DNA of 64,000 nucleotides from a virus (Duplodnaviria; Heunggongvirae; Uroviricota; Caudoviricetes): IMG/VR virus record IMGVR_UViG_3300037067_007156, positions 77,519 to 141,518 of that record; one strand, 5' to 3'. Shown piece by piece: positions 1 to 10,604 of this stretch (position 1 is its first letter; each line of letters starts with the position of its first letter). The notes under the pieces were generated by a model. It saw only the letters and a program-made list of their open reading frames with translations, ran no database searches and was not told where the DNA came from. The position numbers and the translations under genes were made by a program.

Positions 1-12
1 ATCCCATAAAAA

Positions 13-209
13 TTAAATTAAAATTAAATTTATTAAAATAACTAATTCTCCCATTATTACAAACCCATTAAAGAAACTCCACACACCAGATTTTTCAGAA
101 ATTATAAATGGTACAATTATGAAACCCAAAATAGTCCACGAAAAAAATCTATTAAAAATTTTTTGTTGTTACAAAATATATATTCAGTAATTTCCTGTAT
201 ATCTAACAT
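13..209 (-). pseudogene. Possible small membrane protein split by a frameshift
   Basis: ATG at 209 gives a 30-aa ORF (MLDIQEITEY...). An overlapping frame without a start continues as hydrophobic FSWTILGFIIVPF...VILINLILI to a stop at 13. A/T homopolymers lie at the junction. Confidence 0.25.
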
Positions 210-302
210 GAATTAAAATTTAAACAAAATTAATATTAATAAATTATATAAGCATTTTAATAAATTGTTTTTTGTTGAAAAAAATTATTTTTAAATATAT
301 TA

Positions 303-713
303 TTAGAATAATTCTTTATTTAAAATTTCAACAATATATTGTACGGCTTTCTTTGTACCATTTAACATAATGTCGTATAAACTATAAACATTAGAGGGTA
401 TTTTATCCGTAAAATATCCTTTATCTTTTAAAAGCATATCTATATCATTTTTATATTTCAAATAAAAATTTTGAACATCTGAATCTTCTATGAAACCATT
501 AATTTTAACATTATCGACACCATTTTTTTCGATGTCGGATAAATAATTTTGAACATTAACGATTTCTTTTTTCTTATTTTCATCTAATGAAACATCTATT
601 AATAATAACACGCCACGTTTTAAAGATAAATATTTTTCAGATAATTTATCTTTTAACTGGTCATCAAGATTTTCATTTATGTTATAATATTGAGAAAACG
701 TTTTCATATTCAT
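303..713 (-). CDS. Hypothetical protein with capsid-targeting-like N-terminus (putative internal virion protein)
   Basis: N-terminus MKTFSQYYNINE resembles the T4 IP CTS MKTYQEFIAE; TTAATATATA motif at 727-736 upstream. Confidence 0.65.
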   Translation of the reverse strand: MNMKTFSQYYNINENLDDQLKDKLSEKYLSLKRGVLLLIDVSLDENKKKEIVNVQNYLSDIEKNGVDNVKINGFIEDSDVQNFYLKYKNDIDMLLKDKGYFTDKIPSNVYSLYDIMLNGTKKAVQYIVEILNKELF

Positions 714-746
714 AATTGTTTTTATTTATATATTAAAAAATAACAA

Positions 747-754
747 TATATTTG
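747..754 (+). promoter_or_regulatory. Bacteroidota-type sigma70 -7 element (TAnnTTTG)
   Basis: TATATTTG about 30 nt upstream of the ATG at 785; no clean -33 TTTG at the expected spacing. Confidence 0.4.
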
Positions 755-784
755 TATAATTAAACAAATGGCTACTTTTAAATA

Positions 785-1189
785 ATGGAAGAAAACATAG
801 ATATATTAATTCAAAAAATACAAGAGGTCAGAAACCCAAAATATTTTTTATGGCAAATCGTTAGAGAAATAGAGTGGTTTAGTTCTGAGGAATATAAAAT
901 ATGGTTGGTTGGGAAAAAAGATGAATATATTTATTTTAATTACGATACAAAAAATCATACTTTATATTATGATTTTTATAAAATCTATCAAATTTTATCA
1001 TTGAAATATCATCTTAACAATTTGGAAGCTAATAATTTAGTGAGTGATATGGTGGGTGAACAGTTCAAAATGAAGGTAAACACAACAAGTTGTTGCTGTT
1101 CATTTGTGCTATATTTGGTGGGTGAACAGTTCAAAATGAAGGTAAACACCAACATTAATAATGCATTACATAATTTCAACCATTGGTGA
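785..1189 (+). CDS. Hypothetical protein whose C-terminus is encoded by a CRISPR-like repeat array
   Basis: 134-aa ORF; VGEQFKMKVNT occurs twice, 22 aa apart, encoded by repeats 1 and 2. Confidence 0.75.
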   Translation: MEENIDILIQKIQEVRNPKYFLWQIVREIEWFSSEEYKIWLVGKKDEYIYFNYDTKNHTLYYDFYKIYQILSLKYHLNNLEANNLVSDMVGEQFKMKVNTTSCCCSFVLYLVGEQFKMKVNTNINNALHNFNHW

Positions 1190-1270
1190 TTGAACAGTTC
1201 AAATTAAGGGTAGACACAACATTGGACAAATTGATGTTGATATACATTCAGATGAGTGAACATTTCAAAT
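1051..1270 (+). CRISPR. Orphan CRISPR-like mini-array: 3 repeats plus 1 degenerate partial, 3 unique spacers
   Basis: R1 1051-1086 GGTGGGTGAACAGTTCAAAATGAAGGTAAACACAAC; R2 1117-1153 (one extra C); R3 1185-1220 (diverged); partial R4 1251-1270. Spacers are 30, 31 and 30 nt and mutually unrelated. No cas gene in the window. Confidence 0.65.
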
Positions 1271-1295
1271 ATAAAAAAGATAAAATAATATAATT

Positions 1296-3002
1296 TTAAT
1301 CTCCTATTTTACCATTTTTTATTTGAATATTCTTACAAATTCCATTATGGAATTCACCATTATTAAATACCCCATTATTCCATAAACCATTAGTGAATAC
1401 CCCATTATTCCATACTGGTAAAGTTGAATCAGTTCCAAAATATCCAGCTAAAAATTCACCATTATTAAATGTACCATCTTTAAATGAACCACCATACCAT
1501 TTTCCATTATTAAAATTTCCATTATTCCATATAGAAATTCTATGATTTCCCGATTCAGTGATATTATCATTTGAATCTACATTTAATCCTGAATGAAATT
1601 CACCATTGTTAAATTCACCATTATTCCACACACAACGTTCATAATTATATGATGAAATATCTGTTGTATAATAAACATTAACTACTAAACCAGCAAAATA
1701 ACAAGTATTATATGTTGGATTATTTTTAAAAACTTTAAAATTCACTGAAAATAATGGAGAATTTATATCTTCAGCTGTAAAATTCATTCCCCAAGTATTA
1801 GTTGGACTACCATATAAATAATTATAATATAATGGTGGATAAGGTGAACCCGTAGGATATAAATCGACAAGTTCATTATTAGCCAAATTATCAGATTGAT
1901 TAAGAGGATTATTAGTTATAAATTTTGATAATGTTACATTTGAAACTTTATAATTTCTTGTATCATTATAAGATGCGTATAAAGATATATAAACTTCTAT
2001 ACCTTTAATTATTGATGTTTCAGGTATATTAAAATTCCACCCATTTACCGAAAGTGTGTTTGTATATCCACTTGTAGAATGGCTGGTTGTAGTAGAATTT
2101 ATAGTTCTATTTTGATGAATTTGTTGGGTAATTACTTGAACTAAACCTGTGTATGTCGAATTTAACCAATATATATTTTCATCTGTAAAAACAGTATATG
2201 TTAACGGTTTAACAAAATTAGTATTCCCACTAACTGTAATAGTTTCTACGTAAGGTTCTGCATTTTTCACTACTCCAAATCTTGATTTTATGTCACCATT
2301 GAAAGTTGTAAATATACCGTCTACCCATTCACCATTAATAAAATCGCCACCTAAAAACGTACCATTATACCAAATATAACCATTAAATTCACCGTTATAA
2401 AATTTACCATTTATCCACTGTATGTTTTCCATATAACCATCATACCAATTACCACTATACCATATAGCATGATAAATTATACCATCATAAAAATTTCCAT
2501 CTCGCCATACACATGTTTTAGCAGTATTATTTGTAATATCATTATCACCTTGTGGATTATTTGGGTCGTATGGTGTATAAAGAGACCAATCAATAGTTTT
2601 AGTACCGAATGTTCCACCATAAAAATTACCAGCTTCCCATTCGACAAAACCACCCCCTATACCCATAACAGAATATTGATTACCAGTATCTATTATATTA
2701 AAATTACCATTTAATATATCAAATTTATTCAATTTATAACTATAAAATTTACCATTTTTCCAAGTACCCGTTTCAAAGTTACCTGAATACCATGTACCAT
2801 CATACCAGTCACCACATATCCAATTTCCAGAATACCAAACCAATCCATAATCATCTTCACCAATTAAAGCATCTTCAATAGAAGCATTAAAAATCCAATT
2901 ATATCTTATTTTAAGTTTATCGATAGATAAACCATCAACAAGAGTTATATTAATTTTATTAAAATCTACATTTTGTAAAGCTAATGCTATATTAACTGCC
3001 AT
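1296..3002 (-). CDS. Putative virion structural protein with W/F-x-x-G pentapeptide repeats
   Basis: Long runs of WxxGxFxxG repeats at both ends; lies in the tail gene cluster. Confidence 0.6.
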   Translation of the reverse strand: MAVNIALALQNVDFNKINITLVDGLSIDKLKIRYNWIFNASIEDALIGEDDYGLVWYSGNWICGDWYDGTWYSGNFETGTWKNGKFYSYKLNKFDILNGNFNIIDTGNQYSVMGIGGGFVEWEAGNFYGGTFGTKTIDWSLYTPYDPNNPQGDNDITNNTAKTCVWRDGNFYDGIIYHAIWYSGNWYDGYMENIQWINGKFYNGEFNGYIWYNGTFLGGDFINGEWVDGIFTTFNGDIKSRFGVVKNAEPYVETITVSGNTNFVKPLTYTVFTDENIYWLNSTYTGLVQVITQQIHQNRTINSTTTSHSTSGYTNTLSVNGWNFNIPETSIIKGIEVYISLYASYNDTRNYKVSNVTLSKFITNNPLNQSDNLANNELVDLYPTGSPYPPLYYNYLYGSPTNTWGMNFTAEDINSPLFSVNFKVFKNNPTYNTCYFAGLVVNVYYTTDISSYNYERCVWNNGEFNNGEFHSGLNVDSNDNITESGNHRISIWNNGNFNNGKWYGGSFKDGTFNNGEFLAGYFGTDSTLPVWNNGVFTNGLWNNGVFNNGEFHNGICKNIQIKNGKIGD

Positions 3003-3007
3003 TATTA

Positions 3008-5041
3008 TTAATTAATTTTTAATTTTAAATTTTCTATTTCTTCTTTTAAATTTTCTATAATTACACTTTGTTCCTGAATAGCTTTCACTAAAACTGCACT
3101 TAGAGCATTATAACAAATACCTTTTGTTGAATCACCAATAACAGGCGGTACCAATTCAGGTATCACATTTTCAACTTCTTGTGCAATCAATCCTATTTTT
3201 TTTGATTTATTATCAGTTATAAAATTATAATATACAGTGTTCAATTTATTTACTTTATCTAAAGCGTTTTCAAAAGGAAAAATATTTTCTTTTTCCCTTA
3301 TATCTGATATTGAAACCCAATCAGTAGCTTCACCATAACCATTTACTTTTAAACGTCTACTATTAGTATTTGTTTCTGTTCCTATTAACACGTTTCCTCT
3401 TGATGTTGTTGAATATTGCATTATTATATCACCCATAATCCCATCATAATTATAACCAGCACCACCATTACCTGTGTATATATAAATAGCACCACTATCA
3501 CCTCCATCATTATCGGTGCTTGCACCACCATTACCAGTATACAAAGTTATATCACCACTCTTAGCACCAACAACAGAATTTGGACTATATCCTCCAGTAC
3601 CTGTATAAAAAGATAAACTACCACTTATTGCACCACTATAAGTACCACCAGAAGCACCAGTACCACCAGTATCAGTAAATAATGTAATATCACCTGATGA
3701 AGTACCACTGGAACTACTACCCGATAAACCTGGCCCACCTCTTAAAAATAAATCATAATTGACAGCATTGTGATAAATATAAGCATTTGATGTTTTATAA
3801 AAATATAAATTTCCATTAAAATAAATATCAGATGAATTATATGGTATATAAAAAACCGCAGAATCAGATGTATTTCTTCTATAAAAAATTAAACTATCAA
3901 CAGGTGTTAACATAGAAGGTGTTGTATCACCACAAAACATAACACCACCACCTTTTGTTGTGTTACTACCAACATATACATAACCACTCCCGTTACTATT
4001 TCCATAAGCTTCGAAACCACCTTTATAAGTGTCATTACTTAAAGCCCTAACAACCGCATTAAATGGACTTGTTGTTGAACCAATATTTAATGTGGTACTA
4101 TCCCATGTTGAATAAGCTGCCATATGTAGGGTTCTTGAGAAATATGTTTCACCCGAAACATCCATTCTAAAATAATTATTTTGTGTAAAATATGTTCCTC
4201 TTGATATTAAAAAATCACCTGTATCATTAACACCTGTATACCAATTCGAAGTTGAAGTTGAAAAATCTTTATACATCATAGAAACACCATAATAACCACC
4301 CTCATCTGTTTCTGAGTTAGCTAAAATAAGTCCCGGTGTATCATTACTGGCTAAATGATTTATTATAATCCTGTCAGCATGTGTTGTTATACCACTTAAT
4401 GTTGAAGTGGTATTAACAGTTAATGATGTTCTAATTCTTGTACTACCATTTATATCTAATGTAGCTGTTGGTATATCAATATTAACACCCACCGTGTTGC
4501 TCAAATCAGGTCTTATAATTATACCGTTACCATTAACATTAGAACCAATTCTAAATGGTGCTAATATTGATAACGATGTATCATAATTATATAAACTTGC
4601 ATAAGACGGGTCAACAGTTATTCTATAACCACCACCATAAAAATGTCCATCACCTGAAACAGTTAATTTAGCAGTTATAGTATTACCAGTTAACCCTATA
4701 CCAACATTACCCGATGGTGGTGCATACCAAATATTTCCAGTTGAACCAGTTGTCCATATATTAGTAATAGAAGATAAATAATCAGCGTAGTTAATCCAAG
4801 ATGTTCCACTAAGTTGATAAGTTGTCATTTGGTTTCCTCTTTCCGCAGATGAACGAACAGTAACTAACATACCTGTTTCAGTACGTAATGGATAATTAGA
4901 TACCAAATCGTTTCTATCTGTATCATAATTTACAACATGATGTCCACCTTTTATATCACTTGAATTGACAACAGCATATTTATCTGTATCATCAAAAGTT
5001 TTAATTGTATCAACAACTAATGTTCCTGTATTTTTTGCCAT
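3008..5041 (-). CDS. Tail fibre/spike with C-terminal intramolecular chaperone (peptidase S74)
   Basis: G/S/T-rich beta repeats; C-terminal SDIREKENI...GLIAQEVE..PELV...Y..L.AVLVKAIQE then coiled coil. Confidence 0.8.
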   Translation of the reverse strand: MAKNTGTLVVDTIKTFDDTDKYAVVNSSDIKGGHHVVNYDTDRNDLVSNYPLRTETGMLVTVRSSAERGNQMTTYQLSGTSWINYADYLSSITNIWTTGSTGNIWYAPPSGNVGIGLTGNTITAKLTVSGDGHFYGGGYRITVDPSYASLYNYDTSLSILAPFRIGSNVNGNGIIIRPDLSNTVGVNIDIPTATLDINGSTRIRTSLTVNTTSTLSGITTHADRIIINHLASNDTPGLILANSETDEGGYYGVSMMYKDFSTSTSNWYTGVNDTGDFLISRGTYFTQNNYFRMDVSGETYFSRTLHMAAYSTWDSTTLNIGSTTSPFNAVVRALSNDTYKGGFEAYGNSNGSGYVYVGSNTTKGGGVMFCGDTTPSMLTPVDSLIFYRRNTSDSAVFYIPYNSSDIYFNGNLYFYKTSNAYIYHNAVNYDLFLRGGPGLSGSSSSGTSSGDITLFTDTGGTGASGGTYSGAISGSLSFYTGTGGYSPNSVVGAKSGDITLYTGNGGASTDNDGGDSGAIYIYTGNGGAGYNYDGIMGDIIMQYSTTSRGNVLIGTETNTNSRRLKVNGYGEATDWVSISDIREKENIFPFENALDKVNKLNTVYYNFITDNKSKKIGLIAQEVENVIPELVPPVIGDSTKGICYNALSAVLVKAIQEQSVIIENLKEEIENLKLKIN

Positions 5042-5059
5042 TTATATATCTTTCTTTTT

Positions 5060-6181
5060 TTAAGTTATTACAACTGTAATAGTACCAGTAAGTAAATTCA
5101 CACTTCTATAAAAATAATATGAAGCACTATTACCACTTGAATTTATATGTGTTATAGTTGAAACGGTTGGTACATTCTCAACACCACCAATAGTGAATGT
5201 TGATGTGCCCCACGTTACTGGGTATATATAATAAAAATATTCATTAGCACATACATAAGTTATAGTTTTTACCCGTGATGTCGATAATTCATTTGTAAGA
5301 GCATTTATTTGAGAATCTGACAAAGATGTTAATGTTCCCACACCCCAATATCTCGAATATCTAAAACTAACATTAGCTGACCCCGTGTCTGTTGCAGATT
5401 CTAAATCAGTACAATGCATTGTATATGTAGTATCAGTTGTTAAACTAAGTCCAGTTATTGATATTACCCCAGATGTTGCTGGTGCATAATCAGTTGTTGG
5501 TGAACCAGTACCTGTAATAGTTACAGACGACATAATTTTATTAGTTGACCACCCAACTCCAACTGTTGTAATCGTTGAACCTATTTCAATAACACCACCA
5601 GATGGTGTGTTGATAGTTGCTGTGATAACAGGTGTTACATAAAGTAATCCATCTAAAGCTTTTTGAACATTTGTATATAGTGGATATGATGGATTAGTAT
5701 AACTTATTTCAGTGGATGTTAAATTATTCGAATTATCGACTTTACCCCATGTACCACCACTACTTAATTCACCACAAAAAATAGCCCAGTCACCAACTTG
5801 CCATTCATTTATTCCATCTAAATCAGTAGTTCCAGATATATTAATTATATAATACCAACCATTTGATGGTATTGTTGTCGGTGGATTACCCGTACTCGCA
5901 TTCCATGTACCTTGATATTTTACGCCACCCAATATAGAAGACGGTAAATCCGAAACTCGAATTTTACCACTAATGGGGTCTATTACAGGAATTTCAGTGA
6001 TACCAGTATTAGTTCTTGTCCATAATTTATAATCAGCCATATTAAGGAAAAATTCACCTTTATAAATATCAGTTTCTAACCACCCTAAAGTATGGTCTTC
6101 AACAGCGGGTACCGTTGGTATAACACCAGCTACATCACTTCTTTTTAATAATATTCTCGCACCTTTTACTAATTTCGTCAT
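5060..6181 (-). CDS. Putative tail fibre-associated structural protein
   Basis: T/G-rich; YQGTWNAST...GWYYII...WQVGDW module common in phage fibre proteins; co-oriented with the fibre gene. Confidence 0.6.
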   Translation of the reverse strand: MTKLVKGARILLKRSDVAGVIPTVPAVEDHTLGWLETDIYKGEFFLNMADYKLWTRTNTGITEIPVIDPISGKIRVSDLPSSILGGVKYQGTWNASTGNPPTTIPSNGWYYIINISGTTDLDGINEWQVGDWAIFCGELSSGGTWGKVDNSNNLTSTEISYTNPSYPLYTNVQKALDGLLYVTPVITATINTPSGGVIEIGSTITTVGVGWSTNKIMSSVTITGTGSPTTDYAPATSGVISITGLSLTTDTTYTMHCTDLESATDTGSANVSFRYSRYWGVGTLTSLSDSQINALTNELSTSRVKTITYVCANEYFYYIYPVTWGTSTFTIGGVENVPTVSTITHINSSGNSASYYFYRSVNLLTGTITVVIT

Positions 6182-6199
6182 TCTATTTTATTTTCTTTT

Positions 6200-9100
6200 T
6201 TATAATAATATTACATCTGGGTCAATAATATAATCCGATTCATCATTCGGGTCTGCCACTAACCAAACTAAAATATCATTACCATCTAATACATCATATT
6301 CACCAATATAAAAATCATCAATTCTTTCTGTTTGATTAAAATATTCTGGATATAATAATTGTTTAGGAATCATGGTTTTTTTATCAACACCAATATCTAA
6401 AATTTCGATTGGTCGATAAAACAAATTATCATCATCCTCTATTTTATAAAGACGTAATATAAAATTTTTTGTATTGGGCAAACTTTCTGATAATAATCCA
6501 AGTACATAGAATTTTATATAATTATTTTCATTCATTATTTCTCCATAATATAAGTATATATTTTTTCTTATGAAGTCATTTTTTGGAATATAATAATCAT
6601 ATGCTTCATTTTTATATACGTCATATAACAGCTCAGAAATAGTCTGTAATTCTTTTATATTTTTTATTTTTAAAACAAGTTCACCTGATGGGAATATCCC
6701 AGTAAAACTATTAGGTTTTTCCAACAAAACCGTATTTCCTGATATATTAAGTATTAGAGTTTTCGTATATGTAGTCGTACCAGAAATTTCGACATATGTA
6801 TATGGTTTAAAATTAGTCAAATCATCAATATTCGTAACATTTAATTGTATAATATTCTTATCTAAATAAAATTGAGAAAATGAAGTTATTTCATCATCAT
6901 TATAAAGTATCATATTTGGTGTAAAAATAATATTGGTTATACCTGATAAAAATTCATATAATTTATAATTAATATAAGAATTTTGAGTTTCAAACATACC
7001 AGTTGAACCACTATAATTAAACCTCAAACCATCATAGTCAAATTCCATATTATATTCATATTCTCTCGGTTCAAATAATAATAAAGTTTCACCTGATGTT
7101 GATACATCGTTTACATTAAAAAATTTACTTAGAAAAGAATTTTGTAATGATACCACTAAACTACCAGCTGTTAAATCTGAATATTGTATATTTCTAATAA
7201 TCCATGTTAAATCAGTTTTACTATTTAAATCATTTATTACCCATTCAGGAATTAAATCTGAGATAGTTAATCCAGATGTTGTTATGTTTTTTATGAACGT
7301 ATCAAATGTTAAATAAGGTTCATCATCCTTTTTAACTTCGATACGAATATAATCTTCTATATTAACAGGTATAGTAGAAAAAATTGAATTATCTATAATG
7401 GTATCATATTTTTTAGAATATAAATCTGGTATTAAAACATTTTTAAATATTCCACTTATAAAAGGCTCATACGTTGTCGAACCTGTATTAAATATCATGT
7501 TGAATAATTGTATTTCACTAATAGAAAGAACCGAACCACCATTATTTGTAGTTACATAAAGTCTATAATAAAGATATGGAACTGTGTTATCTATTATATA
7601 TTCTCTATAAGTTCTTGCTGACCAACCAATTTGAGTTATTTGAGTATCTAAATCAACCCAATCAGTATCATTATTAGACGCTTGAAATATCCAATTTTTA
7701 GGACTTCTAATAGGTGAATCATTACATTCTATACTATATTTCCATATAATTATAGGAACATTATAAGTAAATTTAATCCAACCACTTGTTGTAAAAGCTC
7801 GCCAATTTGTACTTGGATTATTATCGAATGCTCTCCACGTTTCATACCCAGAAGCATAAAAACTATTAGATGAACATGTTCCAGAAGAACATGTATAAGA
7901 GGTCATAGCTGGTATAGAATCTGTTGTATATTTAGTGTAATCGTCAAATGGGTTATATGTATTTGAAAATCGAATAGAATAAGCTTTTGTATAGCGTTCT
8001 ATATCAAAAGTTTGTCCTGTATCAAGTGTTCCTAATGACATTGTGAACCCACTATATAATTCGAAATTTTTATTATTCATATGTCTTGCTACATCATAAT
8101 CAGCGAATACTAATTTATGAGTATTACCAGTGTTTGTTGGTATAGTATCGATATCATAACAAAGTCTGTGTTTTAAAATGTAAGAGTGTCTAGCATCAAA
8201 TATTTTTGCTTCACCCGATATAGGAAAAACATCATTAGCATCGGGTAATAAAAAATACTGTAAATTTTTATTTGTTGACCCTAATTTAACATAAGCTTTA
8301 AATCTATCCGATTTATTTCTGGTTGACAAATAATCAGTTAGAATTAAATATCTTTTCTCATTTACTTTATAAATATTATTAGTATATGTATTATCTTGAT
8401 TTTTTAATAAAACTAAATGATTTTCTTTTAATATAACACCATCTATTGTAAATTGTGGTTGAGTTAAATCGACATTAGTAGTTGAAGCCACATCCACTTG
8501 TATATAATTCTTGATGAATTTATTCATTATTTCATATTCGTTATACATATTAAATAAAGAATCAGCATCATCGTTTGTTAAAACACCAAATCTATAAACA
8601 TCATCGAGATTATCAATATATGTAAAAGAAACCCCAGATATACACTTCTGAATCCTAAAATAAACATCAGTTAAATTTTCAACATTCCACAATTGTTCTC
8701 GGTCTGTTCTTATAATTTCACCACCCAATAAAGCATCATAATATTCTATTTCATAATTAAATTTCCACAATCCCAATTCATTTCCAATATATAATAATTT
8801 ATATTCACCTGTTACAAAAAAACTTGAAACTATTTCACTTGGTAAATTATTACCATAAGTAACACCGGAAATAGAATTAAATATCTTACCCGCACCTGTA
8901 CCAGTGTTATAAGTCCATGTACCATTTGTCAATGATGTGGTGTATAATGTGTTATTCGTAATATCTTTATAAATTTTAGATACATTATCACTTGGTAATT
9001 CTACACCATTTGTTGTAAAAGGAGTTGCTGTACTATAATGTGTACCCATATCATATTGAGTATCTAAAACCCAAAAACCATTATTATCAAATCCAACATA

Positions 9101-9901
9101 TAAAATATTATATGTATTATCATAAAAAACTGTTCTGGTGTTACCAACAGGGTACGAATCTCCTGTTGTTGGTGTGTAACCAGCATTTAATATAACACCT
9201 TCATTATTCGTTCTTCTCCATCTCCACACACCTAAAGGTGTTGCTACATATACCAATTCCGATTTTACATCAACAGCTATCTGGTAAATTTCATTTGAAA
9301 TTAATTTATCACCAAAAACAACTGGTGTTGTCATATCTAACCGTTTACCTTTATCAATTGTAACATCCCATTCCCAAAAACCTAATGTTTCGTAACCAAA
9401 ATATAAAATATCATGGTTAAAAGGAGTTCTAAAATGAACAATATTACATTTATTATAAGTAACACCCGATGGTGGTGAATCACCATAAACAGGTATATAG
9501 GTTTCATCTATTATCCAACCTTTATCTGTGATTAAATTCCATTTCCATATACAATTACTTGTTGTGGCATATAAAATGTCATTTAATGTATCAACTGTTA
9601 TTGTATAAATTATATTGGATGTTAGACCACTACCTTCAGTTGGTGTATATGAAGTATCAATGATTGTAAGACCGCTATTTGTTGAAATATCTAAAATACA
9701 AATACCACTATTCGTCGCTAAATATATTTTATTATCTACATAATAAAAATCGTTGATGATATTATCAGGTAAAGCAATTTGAATATCTGAACTACCCGAA
9801 TTATTATATATAACACCAGTTTCTTTAAAATTTAAAATACTTTTCCCAGTATATTTTGGGTTTTGTGACCATTCGTATTTCGGATTCCATATATCTCTCA
9901 T
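6200..9901 (-). CDS. Large structural protein with beta-propeller repeats and an F5/8 type C (discoidin) domain
   Basis: Repeated LY.GT..G.W blades in the N-terminal third; WRAFD...W...SPKNWIFQASN...W..LD...YRLYV...ISEIQL discoidin signature. Confidence 0.65.
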   Translation of the reverse strand: MRDIWNPKYEWSQNPKYTGKSILNFKETGVIYNNSGSSDIQIALPDNIINDFYYVDNKIYLATNSGICILDISTNSGLTIIDTSYTPTEGSGLTSNIIYTITVDTLNDILYATTSNCIWKWNLITDKGWIIDETYIPVYGDSPPSGVTYNKCNIVHFRTPFNHDILYFGYETLGFWEWDVTIDKGKRLDMTTPVVFGDKLISNEIYQIAVDVKSELVYVATPLGVWRWRRTNNEGVILNAGYTPTTGDSYPVGNTRTVFYDNTYNILYVGFDNNGFWVLDTQYDMGTHYSTATPFTTNGVELPSDNVSKIYKDITNNTLYTTSLTNGTWTYNTGTGAGKIFNSISGVTYGNNLPSEIVSSFFVTGEYKLLYIGNELGLWKFNYEIEYYDALLGGEIIRTDREQLWNVENLTDVYFRIQKCISGVSFTYIDNLDDVYRFGVLTNDDADSLFNMYNEYEIMNKFIKNYIQVDVASTTNVDLTQPQFTIDGVILKENHLVLLKNQDNTYTNNIYKVNEKRYLILTDYLSTRNKSDRFKAYVKLGSTNKNLQYFLLPDANDVFPISGEAKIFDARHSYILKHRLCYDIDTIPTNTGNTHKLVFADYDVARHMNNKNFELYSGFTMSLGTLDTGQTFDIERYTKAYSIRFSNTYNPFDDYTKYTTDSIPAMTSYTCSSGTCSSNSFYASGYETWRAFDNNPSTNWRAFTTSGWIKFTYNVPIIIWKYSIECNDSPIRSPKNWIFQASNNDTDWVDLDTQITQIGWSARTYREYIIDNTVPYLYYRLYVTTNNGGSVLSISEIQLFNMIFNTGSTTYEPFISGIFKNVLIPDLYSKKYDTIIDNSIFSTIPVNIEDYIRIEVKKDDEPYLTFDTFIKNITTSGLTISDLIPEWVINDLNSKTDLTWIIRNIQYSDLTAGSLVVSLQNSFLSKFFNVNDVSTSGETLLLFEPREYEYNMEFDYDGLRFNYSGSTGMFETQNSYINYKLYEFLSGITNIIFTPNMILYNDDEITSFSQFYLDKNIIQLNVTNIDDLTNFKPYTYVEISGTTTYTKTLILNISGNTVLLEKPNSFTGIFPSGELVLKIKNIKELQTISELLYDVYKNEAYDYYIPKNDFIRKNIYLYYGEIMNENNYIKFYVLGLLSESLPNTKNFILRLYKIEDDDNLFYRPIEILDIGVDKKTMIPKQLLYPEYFNQTERIDDFYIGEYDVLDGNDILVWLVADPNDESDYIIDPDVILL

Positions 9902-10037
9902 TAAATAAAAATAATTTTATAGAATAATTTCTTTTGTATATATTAAAAAATATCCACAAAGAAATGTGATTATCATATGAGATAAATAAAACATTTTGAT
10001 TTTAAAAATATATAAGTATTAAAATGTAAAAAATGCA

Positions 10038-10250
10038 ATGGACGACCAAAGATTAAAATATCAGAAAGAAAGAATGAATAAATCGTTCGAGAAACCAACT
10101 TTTTTAAAAATGTTAAATTCTAATAAAATTAAAATATTATTACTTTTATTTATAATATCGTTGTTATTATTTCCTTCTTTCTATGGTCAATTAGCTGGTA
10201 CATTTATTAATAAATTAATTACAGCTTTTACAAATCAAATAACTTTTTAA
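10038..10250 (+). CDS. Small membrane protein
   Basis: 70 aa with one hydrophobic segment (ILLLLFIISLLLFP). Confidence 0.55.
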   Translation: MDDQRLKYQKERMNKSFEKPTFLKMLNSNKIKILLLLFIISLLLFPSFYGQLAGTFINKLITAFTNQITF

Positions 10251-10251
10251 A

Positions 10252-10536
10252 ATGAGTTTAGAACAACATCAAATTGAAAAATTTAAATTGAACGAATGGT
10301 TTTTTGAAGATTATCAAGATAAAATAATAAAAATCAGATTTAAAGATAGGATAGAATCCAAATTAAATGGAGAATATCATAATATATTTGACGCTGCTAT
10401 ATTATATTTTAAGAATTCGGATATAAATCAATATTATATAAATGGTAAACACTTTAAAGATAAGATTGAGTGGCAAGCAGAAGCACTCAAATTAGCCAGA
10501 AGAAGTAAAATTAGGAATATTTTTAAAGAAGATTGA
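10252..10536 (+). CDS. Hypothetical protein with C-terminal RxxKIxxIF tag
   Basis: Ends LARRSKIRNIFKED. Confidence 0.65.
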   Translation: MSLEQHQIEKFKLNEWFFEDYQDKIIKIRFKDRIESKLNGEYHNIFDAAILYFKNSDINQYYINGKHFKDKIEWQAEALKLARRSKIRNIFKED

Positions 10537-10554
10537 AAATAAATTTAAAAATAT

Positions 10555-10585
10555 TTTGTTAAAATAATTTTTTTATTTATATTTG
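10555..10585 (+). promoter_or_regulatory. Bacteroidota-type sigma70 promoter (-33 TTTG / -7 TAnnTTTG)
   Basis: TTTG 10555-10558, 19-nt spacer, TATATTTG 10578-10585, ATG at 10605. Confidence 0.6.
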
Positions 10586-10604
10586 CCTGTTTTATTTTTA
10601 AAAA

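Noticed and set aside
1051-1270. Repeats as a DGR template/variable pair or a TIGR array
   Set aside because: No reverse transcriptase or Nop-domain gene in the window; differences are not adenine-specific; the period is 66 nt, not about 36 nt.
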